Shown here: in pieces, positions 53,851 through 62,519 of the stretch
How positions within the stretch are numbered: position 1 is the first letter of the stretch
How the letters are laid out: each line of letters starts with the position of its first letter
Assembly (NCBI GenBank): GCA_049590095.1
Contig: JBAWCC010000047.1
Location: 1,988-65,987 of the forward strand
Source of the DNA: Allosphingosinicella sp.
GTDB lineage: Bacteria > Pseudomonadota > Alphaproteobacteria > Sphingomonadales > Sphingomonadaceae
Direction: 5' to 3'
DNA: 64,000 nucleotides
Made by a program: the position numbers and the translations under genes
Notes under the pieces: generated by a model
Told to the model about the DNA's origin: nothing
Database searches by the model: none
Seen by the model: only the letters and a program-made list of their open reading frames with translations

Positions 53851-54383
53851 CACAATCCTCCCCACAATTGGCGTTTGAAGAACTCGGAGGCTCGGGCCAT
53901 CCCGGCGTCGCGTTCGTCCGCCTCGAGCGGATTGCCGAGCGGCGCCAGGCGCAGCCCATCTGGGCCGAGGCGGAGGTCGTCCGTTTGGAATCCCTCCCGC
54001 AGCAGCCAGAGCCCGCCGTCCGAGACGATGCAGGGGCGCAGGTCGCAGAACAGTTCGAAGCTGCCGTAACGCCTTACAATGGCATCGAAGGTCACGAAGC
54101 TCGCGGGATTGAGCGCAGTGTCGAGCCGCATCACGAGCACGTCGAGCCCGGTCGCCTCGGCGAGATCGAGCGCCTCCCGCATCAGAAGCGGGCGCTGGCA
54201 CGTGCTCGGCATGAGGAGGACGGGCCAATCCGCACAGTGGATACATCCGGAAGGCTGCGTGGGGTCACCGATTGTGCAGGCCTCCAGCGGTCCGCCGGCC
54301 TGGGCGATCGTCAGAGCCGCCGCGCGGAGGGCGCGTCGGCTCGGGAAGCCCAACTCGGGCAGTGGAGTTGTCGCTAATTGCAT
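53850..54383 (-). CDS. hypothetical protein (177 aa)
   Basis: ATG 54383 with AAGGA upstream. The stop overlaps the downstream start by 1 nt. Confidence 0.45.
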   Translation of the reverse strand: MQLATTPLPELGFPSRRALRAAALTIAQAGGPLEACTIGDPTQPSGCIHCADWPVLLMPSTCQRPLLMREALDLAEATGLDVLVMRLDTALNPASFVTFDAIVRRYGSFELFCDLRPCIVSDGGLWLLREGFQTDDLRLGPDGLRLAPLGNPLEADERDAGMARASEFFKRQLWGGL

Positions 54384-54521
54384 GAAGATAGTCCTTGGTG
54401 GTTCCAGCTACTCGCCTCGGCCGCGGGGCGCATTTTTCCCTTTCGAGCGAAGCCAAGCCTGTCTGTCGTCTGCATTCTTCATCCGGCCCGCCCGCGCGGG
54501 ACGGACCGGTCAGCGCCGGTG

Positions 54522-55070
54522 CTAGTTTTCCCAGATATAAGCGGAGAGAAGCCTATCGGCGGTCGTGATGCCCCTCCAGGGCTCACGCTCGGCGGCGCCG
54601 CCGGTGTCGTTGATCCAGGGCTGGGTCAGGGTTGGAATGAGACCGTGCCGCGTCAAGCGGAACAGGATCTCACCCGGACCCGTCCGTCCCACCAGCCAGA
54701 AGCGCTTCGAATCCGTGAACAGGCTGAGCCGACGTATCAGTGTTACCGGGCCTCCGTCCGTGTACGCCACATCGAACGTGACTTCGGCGATGTCGGCTAT
54801 GGGGTCCCGCATTCGCGCCAATATGGTCGTCGTCTTCCGCCAGTCCGCCGAGCCAACCAACTCGCGCTGGAAGACCGGTGCTACGGCCCGAGTAGCGCAC
54901 ACGTCGACCGCCGGTCCCGGGAGGTGATTCAGTTCGGGAAGCTTCCAACCGATGGTTGTCACCCGCCGACTCTCGGATTCCGACATGGCGGCGGCGAGAA
55001 AGTCAGATGTGCGGCGAAGCCGTCGGACTTCATCGAGCGAGACTATATTGGATCTTGGCAGCGGGTTCAT
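54522..55070 (-). CDS. hypothetical protein, paralog of 56154..56672
   Basis: N-termini align (SNIVSLDEVRRLRRTSDFLAAAMS versus SEVISLEDTRRAKRAVLFLAATMS). Similar length (182 versus 172 aa). Confidence 0.5.
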   Translation of the reverse strand: MNPLPRSNIVSLDEVRRLRRTSDFLAAAMSESESRRVTTIGWKLPELNHLPGPAVDVCATRAVAPVFQRELVGSADWRKTTTILARMRDPIADIAEVTFDVAYTDGGPVTLIRRLSLFTDSKRFWLVGRTGPGEILFRLTRHGLIPTLTQPWINDTGGAAEREPWRGITTADRLLSAYIWEN

Positions 55071-55264
55071 TCTCGAGGGCCTTCGCGACTGGAGTTCGCT
55101 GGGACCGTTTTTCCTTCCGGCCCGCAGCAGCGGCCCTTCCCCTCACCCTCCAGCGCGTTCCGCCGGCTTCGCCCTTGCGCAGTCTCCAAATAATTCGCGT
55201 AATCGCGGAACGCCTTGCCTTGATTAGTCGAAATGCATAGGCTTCCGGAACCCCGGCATCAGCA

Positions 55265-55432
55265 GGGGTCGAGGCGTGACAACCTCGCGACTATGAACCG
55301 GCTTTCGACCTCCTGGTCGACCGGATGGCGAGCGCGCATGTCCAGGGCCCCACGGCCTAAAGGCGCTCGCGGCTGGACATGGTCGCAGCTTGTCAACGTC
55401 CGGTTCCAGCAGCCGGCGCCGCCTCGTTCGAG
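55265..55432 (+). repeat. left arm of a ~165-bp imperfect inverted repeat
   Basis: Its reverse complement aligns by eye (~75-80% identity) with 57358-57518. Shared blocks include TCATAGTCGCGAGGTTGTCA, GCGCGCTCGCCAT and GAACCGGACGT(T/C)GACAAGCTGCGACC. Confidence 0.8.
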
Positions 55433-55478
55433 GTGACGCCGTCGGCCATCCGCCGTCGGTCAGCGACGGGGACAGATC

Positions 55479-56144
55479 ATGGCCGCCTACAAGATTATCA
55501 TGCTGCTGCTTGCCGTTGGCGCCGCCGCGACGGTGCAACCATCGCTGGCTGCCTCCGCTGAGAGAAGCGTTGCCGCACCCTGGAAGGTGGCCGGCGTGGC
55601 GCTGGGGATGAGCCCGCGCGAGGTCGAGCTTGCGATGCAGGCCGCGGGCTATTCCCGGGCAGGCCGCTCGACCAGCCGCTCCTGGCAGGGCGAAGTGGCG
55701 AGCCAGGCGCGTGTCCTGCGGGGCGTGATCGTCCCCGAAGGCCCCGAGGCGGTCAAATACGAAGACTTCAAGACGGGGCAGGAGCGAATCTCGATCGAAT
55801 ATGCTCCGAGCCGCGCCGGACCCCGGGTGGCGAAAGCCAAATATCAGATCAGCGTCACGGGAATCGATGCGGACACATTCCGCTCGGCGATCATGTCTCG
55901 CTACGGAGCGCCGACCAGGAAATGGGAGGTCGAGCTTCATTATTGCTCGGCCGGGGAAACCCATTGCGACACGCCCTTCCCCTTCTACAATCCCCAGCTT
56001 CCAAACCTCACCGTCTTCCTCACCGACGGAATGCGCCGATCGATCGATCTCTGGGAAGGCCGAAAGGCTCGCGACGCCCGCGAGCTCGCAATCCGCGCCG
56101 AGGTCGACCGGCTTTATCCCAAGAAGGACAAGCCGACCTTCTGA
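55479..56144 (+). CDS. secreted protein of unknown function (221 aa)
   Basis: Signal peptide MAAYKIIMLLLAVGAAATVQPSLAA. Starts 47 nt after the left IR arm. Confidence 0.55.
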   Translation: MAAYKIIMLLLAVGAAATVQPSLAASAERSVAAPWKVAGVALGMSPREVELAMQAAGYSRAGRSTSRSWQGEVASQARVLRGVIVPEGPEAVKYEDFKTGQERISIEYAPSRAGPRVAKAKYQISVTGIDADTFRSAIMSRYGAPTRKWEVELHYCSAGETHCDTPFPFYNPQLPNLTVFLTDGMRRSIDLWEGRKARDARELAIRAEVDRLYPKKDKPTF

Positions 56145-56153
56145 CGAAGCTCA

Positions 56154-56672
56154 TCAGCTTTCGAGAAACGCCACGAGTTGCTCGTCGGCTCTCGCCTTGG
56201 CGGCGACAAGCTCGATCTCATCGGTGAACGGAGCCGAAACCGTAGGGATCGGCCCCTCCGGGCGGAGTCGCAGCGCCACCGGATCCTCGGCTCCGCCGAT
56301 GAGCCAACGCTGGCCGTCTTGCGAGAAGGCGAGCCTGTATCCCGTGAGGGCCACAATGCCGCCATCGGCGAGATAGACGTCGATCAACAGCGCCTGCTTC
56401 TCGCCACGCCGGCATAGCCGGCCAATCATGCACGTCGTCTGCCGGTGCCGGACCCAGGCCAGGATCTCGCGCTCTGGCGGCAAGCCGTCGGCGGCGACGG
56501 CGATATCTACTCTCGGGCCTGCGAAATACTTCAGGCCCCGAATGGGGCAGGCGGCCCCCCTTAGGCTGTGACCGTTCGCACCTGACATCGTTGCGGCGAG
56601 AAAGAGGACGGCGCGCTTGGCACGGCGGGTATCTTCAAGCGATATCACTTCGGATCTGGGACGACGGCTCAT
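56154..56672 (-). CDS. hypothetical protein, paralog of 54522..55070
   Basis: See the paralog alignment above. No family recognised. Confidence 0.5.
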   Translation of the reverse strand: MSRRPRSEVISLEDTRRAKRAVLFLAATMSGANGHSLRGAACPIRGLKYFAGPRVDIAVAADGLPPEREILAWVRHRQTTCMIGRLCRRGEKQALLIDVYLADGGIVALTGYRLAFSQDGQRWLIGGAEDPVALRLRPEGPIPTVSAPFTDEIELVAAKARADEQLVAFLES

Positions 56673-56834
56673 TGGAGGCTTTCAGTTCAAGGGACCGTCC
56701 CAGACCAATTTCATTCACCGGCCTGCGACGCAGAGCCGCCTCATCGACCTTCCCTCCGTCGCTTTGACGCGCGGCCACCTTGCCTGCAGGCGAGCGGCAG
56801 GGTTCATTTGCGCGTCGAGAGTACGGCAGGGCTT

Positions 56835-57164
56835 CTAGCGGTCGCGTCCCAAGGCCACGTTCGCTAGGAATTTTCTCATTTCCAGGCAGGTTGCCTCAAT
56901 GCGGCCTATGATCTGGCAATCCCCCTCCCGGATCATCCACACACGACCGTGCTCGTCGAACTCGAACTCGATCTCGACGTCCGTCCGCAGCTGCTGAGCG
57001 CTCAGCTCAGGGGCCGGACCTCGACTGATGGCATCGGCGCCCATGGAGACATGGGCCGCGGCCTGAAACAGGCGAACCTCGTCCAGCTCGGCCGCGAGCC
57101 GCATCGCGGCATTGCGGAGGCGCTCGACGGACGCGGGCCCGTATTGCAGAGGTGTCTCGGGCAT
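56835..57164 (-). CDS. hypothetical protein (~109 aa)
   Basis: ATG 57164 with GGAG upstream (longest ORF starts at GTG 57263). Lies downstream, on the minus strand, of the right IR arm. Confidence 0.4.
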   Translation of the reverse strand: MPETPLQYGPASVERLRNAAMRLAAELDEVRLFQAAAHVSMGADAISRGPAPELSAQQLRTDVEIEFEFDEHGRVWMIREGDCQIIGRIEATCLEMRKFLANVALGRDR

Positions 57165-57357
57165 GGCCGCTCCGAAAAAAGAGGAAGGGCTTCGGTCTAG
57201 CGACAGGCCAGCGCTGCCTTGAGCGAGGCAGGCGATCGGCGGGAGAGGCCCGTTCTCAAGCACCGGCCGCCACTAGCGCCGCCCGAAATTCTGCAATCCG
57301 CTCGCATCGGCCTTCTCCACGATCGGAGACGCCCCGCCCCCGGGGTCCTGTCTCCAT

Positions 57358-57518
57358 GTTTCGAGGCGGTGCCGCCGGCGAGAACCGGACGTCGACAAGC
57401 TGCGACCTAATAGCCGCGAGCGTCTGCAGGCCGAATGACCTGAATGTGCGCGCTCGCCATCGGTCGACCCGGAGGGTCGAGGCCGGCTCATAGTCGCGAG
57501 GTTGTCAAGCCTCGGCCC
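57358..57518 (-). repeat. right arm of the ~165-bp imperfect inverted repeat
   Basis: See 55265-55432. Both arms face inward toward genes 55479..56144 (+) and 56835..57164 (-). Confidence 0.8.
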
Positions 57519-57650
57519 ACCAGGCGGTGGGCCAGGCGAGATAATCACGGATAATGTTGAAAGGCAATAGCCCACCTGTCGTTTTTCGACGGGCCCCGGA
57601 AAAGCCCTGCAAGGCTGTGCATTGCCCTCGCAGCGGGATAGGATCGGCCG

Positions 57651-58574
57651 ATGCGCACCGACCACGATCACCTTCCGGCCGCCAAGCGGCGCGAGCTGGA
57701 GCGCGTAGTCCAGATCCTGTTCGAGGAGTTCGCAGACTCGACCGCAATCGCCACCTCCGACTGGAAGAAGCAGGCGCGTATCCTCAAGGTCATCCTATAC
57801 GGCAGCTACGCCCGCGGCGGCTGGGTCGACGAGCCGCACACCGCCAAAGGCTATCAGTCGGACTTCGATCTCCTCATCATCGTCAATCATCACAAGCTGG
57901 CCTCCCGAGCGGAATTTTGGTCTGGCGCCGAGGAACGACTGAACCGCGAACTGGCGATCACAAAGTCGCTGAGAACGCCCGTCAACTTTATCGTGCACAG
58001 CCTCCACGAGGTGAACGATGGCCTTAGCCAGGGCCGCTACTTCTTCATGGACATCGCCCGCGACGGTATAGCGGTCTACCAGAGCGACGAGAGGGACTTG
58101 GTCGAACCGACGCCGCGGACGGCGGGCGAGGCCCTGGCACTGGCGAAGGAATATTTCGAGGAATGGCTACCGAGTGCCCGCCGATTTGAGCGCGCAGCGA
58201 AGGTGATGATCGAGGAAGGAGGGGTCAAGGAAGCCGCCTTCCAGCTTCATCAAGCTTCGGAACGTTACTACCATTGCGTCCTGCTGGTCTGCACTTTCTA
58301 TACACCCCACGTCCACAATCTCGGCTTCCTGCGCACCCAGGCGGAACGGATCGACATGCGCCTGTTCGACGTGTGGCCGCGCGAGGCGAAGCGGGAGCGC
58401 GCCATGTTCCAGAAGCTCAAGGAAGCATACGTCAAAGCCCGTTATTCAAAAAGTTTTCGCATCAACGAAGACGAGGTGGCCTGGCTAGGTGCTCGGGTTG
58501 AGGAACTCGGCCGAGTTATCGAAACGGTGTGCTCGGCGCGGCTCCACGACTTGAAGCGAATTGCTGGCGAGTAA
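57651..58574 (+). CDS. fused nucleotidyltransferase (MNT) - HEPN domain protein
   Basis: NTase motifs ILYGSYARGGW and DFDLLIIV. HEPN-like C-terminal half (AAFQLHQASERYYHCVLL ... AYVKARYSKSF). Confidence 0.7.
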   Translation: MRTDHDHLPAAKRRELERVVQILFEEFADSTAIATSDWKKQARILKVILYGSYARGGWVDEPHTAKGYQSDFDLLIIVNHHKLASRAEFWSGAEERLNRELAITKSLRTPVNFIVHSLHEVNDGLSQGRYFFMDIARDGIAVYQSDERDLVEPTPRTAGEALALAKEYFEEWLPSARRFERAAKVMIEEGGVKEAAFQLHQASERYYHCVLLVCTFYTPHVHNLGFLRTQAERIDMRLFDVWPREAKRERAMFQKLKEAYVKARYSKSFRINEDEVAWLGARVEELGRVIETVCSARLHDLKRIAGE

Positions 58575-58917
58575 GTTTCTCCTGCTCGGGACGCTTGGCG
58601 ACGACATCCAAATTTCGACGCCTTCTATCAAGCTCGGCGCGAGAGGCTCTGCGAGAGACTCATCGAACTGCTCGCAACTCCGCAGACGCGCCCGGCAGTT
58701 ACTCCCCAGGCGGCATAACCGCCCCTCCGTCTCACCAGTCATGCGCCGAGGACGCGCAGGCTATTGCTGTCTGTTGCGCCGAAGACAAAACTCTGTTCCC
58801 CCACACGGCCCGCCTCCACACCTGACTTTTCAGGTGGCGCTAGCTTCGCGGCAGGCTAATCTGGAAGAAAGCGCGGGACTCGCCGCGGCAGAATTTCCTG
58901 AGAGGGCGCAAGGGCAC

Positions 58918-59679
58918 GTGGGGATACAGGGGCTGAGGCCGTTCTTCGGCTACTACGGGGGCAAATGGCGGGACGCCCTGCGCAACTACCCGGCGCCGAA
59001 GCATGAGACGGTCGTCGAGCCCTTTGCGGGCTCCGCCGGCTATGCGCTGAGGTACCCGCACAAGAAGGTCGTCCTTTGCGAGCGGGACCCCCAGATCGCT
59101 GCGGTCTGGAGGTATCTGCTGAAGGTCAGGCCGAGCGAGGTCGGCGCCATCCCCGACGTCCCGCTCGACGGCACGGTCGACGACCTGCAGGTCTGCGAGG
59201 AGGCGAAATGGCTCGTCGGGCTGTGGCTCAACAGGGCGACTGCACGCCCGCGCAAAAGTCCGTCAAGCTGGATGCGGGCGAAGATCCGGCCAGGCTCGTT
59301 CTGGGGCGAGCGCGTCCGCTCGACGATCGCGTCGCAGGTCGAAACGATCCGCCATTGGCGGTTGATCGAGGGCGACTATACGGCCTGCGGGGCCGAGGGA
59401 TTAGCGACCTGGTTCATCGACCCGCCCTACCAGCTGGCGGGCCAGCATTATCATCACGGCTCGCGGGACATCGATTTTGAGGATCTCGGGCGTTGGTGCC
59501 GAAGCCGTCAGGGCCAAGTCATCGTCTGCGAGAATGAAGGGGCCGACTGGCTGCCTTTCAAGCTGCTCGACGCGGTGAAGACCACCCGGGCCGGCCGGCG
59601 CTCGGTCGAAGTCGTGTGGCTCGCCGACTCCCCTGGCGCAGCCCTGGACGACGAGACGGCCGTCAAAGCCGCGGCATGA
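58918..59679 (+). CDS. Dam-like (D12 class) N6-adenine DNA methyltransferase
   Basis: GTG 58918. N-terminal FFGYYGGKW, motif I EPFAGSAGYAL and motif IV WFIDPPYQ. Confidence 0.75.
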   Translation: MGIQGLRPFFGYYGGKWRDALRNYPAPKHETVVEPFAGSAGYALRYPHKKVVLCERDPQIAAVWRYLLKVRPSEVGAIPDVPLDGTVDDLQVCEEAKWLVGLWLNRATARPRKSPSSWMRAKIRPGSFWGERVRSTIASQVETIRHWRLIEGDYTACGAEGLATWFIDPPYQLAGQHYHHGSRDIDFEDLGRWCRSRQGQVIVCENEGADWLPFKLLDAVKTTRAGRRSVEVVWLADSPGAALDDETAVKAAA

Positions 59680-60242
59680 GCAAGGGCGAAAGAGCGGGTG
59701 ATCGCACGAGCGCCGTCACCGCGCGCCTGCACGAGGCCTTTCTCCAGCCGCTCGCCGGAGCGGTGGAGAGCAGCAGCGACATCGGCCGCAAACCTCTGCT
59801 GGTCGATCTCGGCCCTCCGCACCCTGCCCGCCTGCGGGTCTATCTCTATTCTCTCGTTCACGGAGCCGGCGAGCGGCAGAGACGCGAATACAAGATCGTG
59901 CTCCGGGTCCCTGGCCAATCGGTCGACAGATATGGCAGCTTTGACCATTCCGGCGGTCGTTTCACGATCCTCGCCGGCTACGATTCCACGCTCGACGTAT
60001 TCGTCCTCTGGGACGCGGTGCTCCATCCGCGGTTCACGAACGGCGGCAACCTCCAAGTACGGGACGAGGTCGTCCGCAAGGCCGCGGCGGTCGGCAGCGC
60101 GGAGCAGGTCCGGCGCCTCGGCAACGGCAGCCGCGAACTGGTGCTCGCGTGCCAGTCCCACAGCCTTGCCCGGGCACTGGCCGCGCGGGTGGCTTCGACG
60201 GGCGGCCTCGAGGAGGGCGAATGCGTCGGCTTTCTGACCTGA
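59676..60242 (+). CDS. hypothetical protein (188 aa) coupled to the MTase and PLD-helicase
   Basis: ATGA overlap with the MTase stop. The 3' end overlaps the next gene by 22 nt. No family recognised. Confidence 0.55.
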   Translation: MSKGERAGDRTSAVTARLHEAFLQPLAGAVESSSDIGRKPLLVDLGPPHPARLRVYLYSLVHGAGERQRREYKIVLRVPGQSVDRYGSFDHSGGRFTILAGYDSTLDVFVLWDAVLHPRFTNGGNLQVRDEVVRKAAAVGSAEQVRRLGNGSRELVLACQSHSLARALAARVASTGGLEEGECVGFLT

Positions 60243-62341
60243 CTCTCAAGACCGCCTACCACAAGGGCCGCGACGACATCGCGCGCGACTTCTACCTGCC
60301 GTGCATGGAGCGGGCGGCGCAGCTCGACCGCGCCGTCGGCTATTTCAGGAGCAGCGCCTTCATCATCTCCTGGCCTGCCTTGCGGGCGTTCGTGCGCGAC
60401 GGCGGCACCTATCGCATCCTGTGCTCGCAGGTGCTCGCCGACGACGACGTCGACGCCCTGAGCGAGGGCTATGAAGCCCGCATCGACCAGGATCTCGGCG
60501 CGAGATTCCGTGCCGAGGTGGAGGTCATGCTCGGCGACCCGGTCCTGCGCGCGCCGGCGCGGGTCCTTGCCGCGCTCGTCGCGCGCGGATCCCTCGATCT
60601 TCAGATTGCGATCCTCAGCGGCCAACAGCTTCGAAGCGCGAGCGGCCGCATCTTCCACGACAAGCTCGGCATCTTCCGGGACGCATCTGGCAACCGGGTG
60701 ATGTTCAAGGGTTCGATGAACGAGACCTGGAACGGCCTCGCCGCCGACGGAAACCTTGAGTCTGTGGACGTCGCCGCAAGCTGGATGGGACCCCGCGACC
60801 TGGAACGCGTCGACGTCGAGGACAGCTACTTCGGGGATCTTTGGAGCCGCACCTATCCGGGGCTGATCGTGCGGCCGTTCCCGGAGGTGGCGAGGGAAGA
60901 ATTCGTTAAGGCGGCCGACCCGAACTGGGAAGAGACGGTCGACTCCCTCCTTCTCGATCAGGAGAGGGAGAGCCGCCCGGACGTCCGCGGCCGGACGCTC
61001 AAGTCGCACCAGGCGAGCGGCCTCGCCTCCTGGACGGCGAACGGACGGCGCGGCATCCTCGCCTTTGCCACCGGCGCAGGCAAGACGTTCACCGCGATCA
61101 CGGCCATCCGCGAGTCCTTCTCTCACCGTTCGGAGCCGCTCCTCGTCGTCGTGCCGGACCAGACCCTCTTCGCGCAATGGTATGAGGAGCTGGCCGAGAC
61201 GACCGCCGATTTCGACCCGCAGATCCTGCGCGCCGGCGCCGGCCACTCCAACTGGCGCGGCCATGTGAGAAACTGGGTTAGCAAGAGCGACCGGCGCCGA
61301 ATCGTGCTCGCGACCGTGCAGACCGCCGGCTCGGACGAGTTCCTAGGCGAGCTGCCCCGATCGGGGGCCGTCTTCCTCGTCGCTGACGAGGTCCACCGCC
61401 TCGGCTCTCCCCGCTACAGGGCTCTGCTCGACGAGGAACGGTTCGGCGCGCGGCTCGGCCTCAGCGCCACGCCCGAACGCTACGGTGATCCCGAGGCCAC
61501 GGCGGCCATTCTCGATTTCTTCGGGGGCGTGCTTGAGCCGCGATACACGCTCGAGGACGCGATCCGCGACCAGGTGCTCTCGCCTTACTTCTACCGGCCG
61601 CATACGGTGAGACTCACCGACGACGAGGCGGGCCGTTGGCGAGTGCTGGCCGACGAGGCGTCGCGGCTGCGCGCGAGGATCGCTGCCGGCGACCAGACGC
61701 CGGGGCTTCAGCAAAAGCTTCAGAACCGGCTGATCGCCAGGGCGCGGATCGTCAAGCAGGCGGCCGGCAAGATCGGCCTGGCGGTCGAGGTCCTCCGATC
61801 CGAGTACCGAGCAGGACAGCGTTGGCTGGTCTATTGCGAGGAATCGGGCCAGCTCGCCTCCGTCACCGCCGCCCTCTCCGGCATCGGCCTGACCGTGCTT
61901 CCCTATCATTCCGCGATGGAGGGGGACCGAGAGCAGACGCTGCGGTGGCTCTCCCGCCGCGGCGGAATTGTAACGGCGATCAGGTGCCTCGACGAAGGCG
62001 TCGACATACCCTCCGTCACCCACGCCCTGATCCTCGCCTCCTCCCGCAATCCGCGCGAGTTCGTTCAACGGCGCGGGCGCGTGCTCCGCAAGGCGCCGGG
62101 CAAGGCGCTCGCTTATGTCCACGACGCCATCGTCCTGCCGCCGGAGCGACGCGCCGACGACGCCGGCGCGCGTGAGAGGGACACGGACTCCCTCACGACA
62201 GGCGAACTGACCCGCGCCATAGAATTCGCGCAATATGCCGATAATCCCGCTTCTGCGGCTGATCTAAAAGGGATAGCTCTGGCCGCCGGCCTCGACTGGC
62301 GCAGCCTGGCCGACATGGGAGACGAGGATGCTGACGAATGA
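60221..62341 (+). CDS. PLD-family (HKD) nuclease domain fused to SF2 DEAD/DEAH-box helicase
   Basis: GAGGAGGG RBS upstream of ATG 60221. HKD motif FHDKLGIFRD..FKGSMNET. Helicase motifs I FATGAGKTF, II LVADEVHRL, III LSATPER and VI VQRRGRVLR. Confidence 0.8.
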   Translation: MRRLSDLTLKTAYHKGRDDIARDFYLPCMERAAQLDRAVGYFRSSAFIISWPALRAFVRDGGTYRILCSQVLADDDVDALSEGYEARIDQDLGARFRAEVEVMLGDPVLRAPARVLAALVARGSLDLQIAILSGQQLRSASGRIFHDKLGIFRDASGNRVMFKGSMNETWNGLAADGNLESVDVAASWMGPRDLERVDVEDSYFGDLWSRTYPGLIVRPFPEVAREEFVKAADPNWEETVDSLLLDQERESRPDVRGRTLKSHQASGLASWTANGRRGILAFATGAGKTFTAITAIRESFSHRSEPLLVVVPDQTLFAQWYEELAETTADFDPQILRAGAGHSNWRGHVRNWVSKSDRRRIVLATVQTAGSDEFLGELPRSGAVFLVADEVHRLGSPRYRALLDEERFGARLGLSATPERYGDPEATAAILDFFGGVLEPRYTLEDAIRDQVLSPYFYRPHTVRLTDDEAGRWRVLADEASRLRARIAAGDQTPGLQQKLQNRLIARARIVKQAAGKIGLAVEVLRSEYRAGQRWLVYCEESGQLASVTAALSGIGLTVLPYHSAMEGDREQTLRWLSRRGGIVTAIRCLDEGVDIPSVTHALILASSRNPREFVQRRGRVLRKAPGKALAYVHDAIVLPPERRADDAGARERDTDSLTTGELTRAIEFAQYADNPASAADLKGIALAAGLDWRSLADMGDEDADE

Positions 62342-62519
62342 ACTGAGCGAATTGGCGACTGTCGTCGCCCGCATTCGCGGCGAGGCCCATCCCGAGATCG
62401 ACCAGCGCTTCGTCAGCGCCGTGCTCCAGGCCGAGGCCGATGCGGCTGGAAACCACGGAGCGGCTCTCCAGGCGATCCGGCGCGCGGTCGCCGATGCACT
62501 GGAGACGGATCCCGTCTGA
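62328..62519 (+). CDS. small protein (63 aa) translationally coupled on both sides
   Basis: The start overlaps the helicase 3' end by 14 nt. The stop TGA 62517-62519 overlaps the next ATG (62518). All-helical, acidic. No family recognised. Confidence 0.5.
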   Translation: MLTNELSELATVVARIRGEAHPEIDQRFVSAVLQAEADAAGNHGAALQAIRRAVADALETDPV

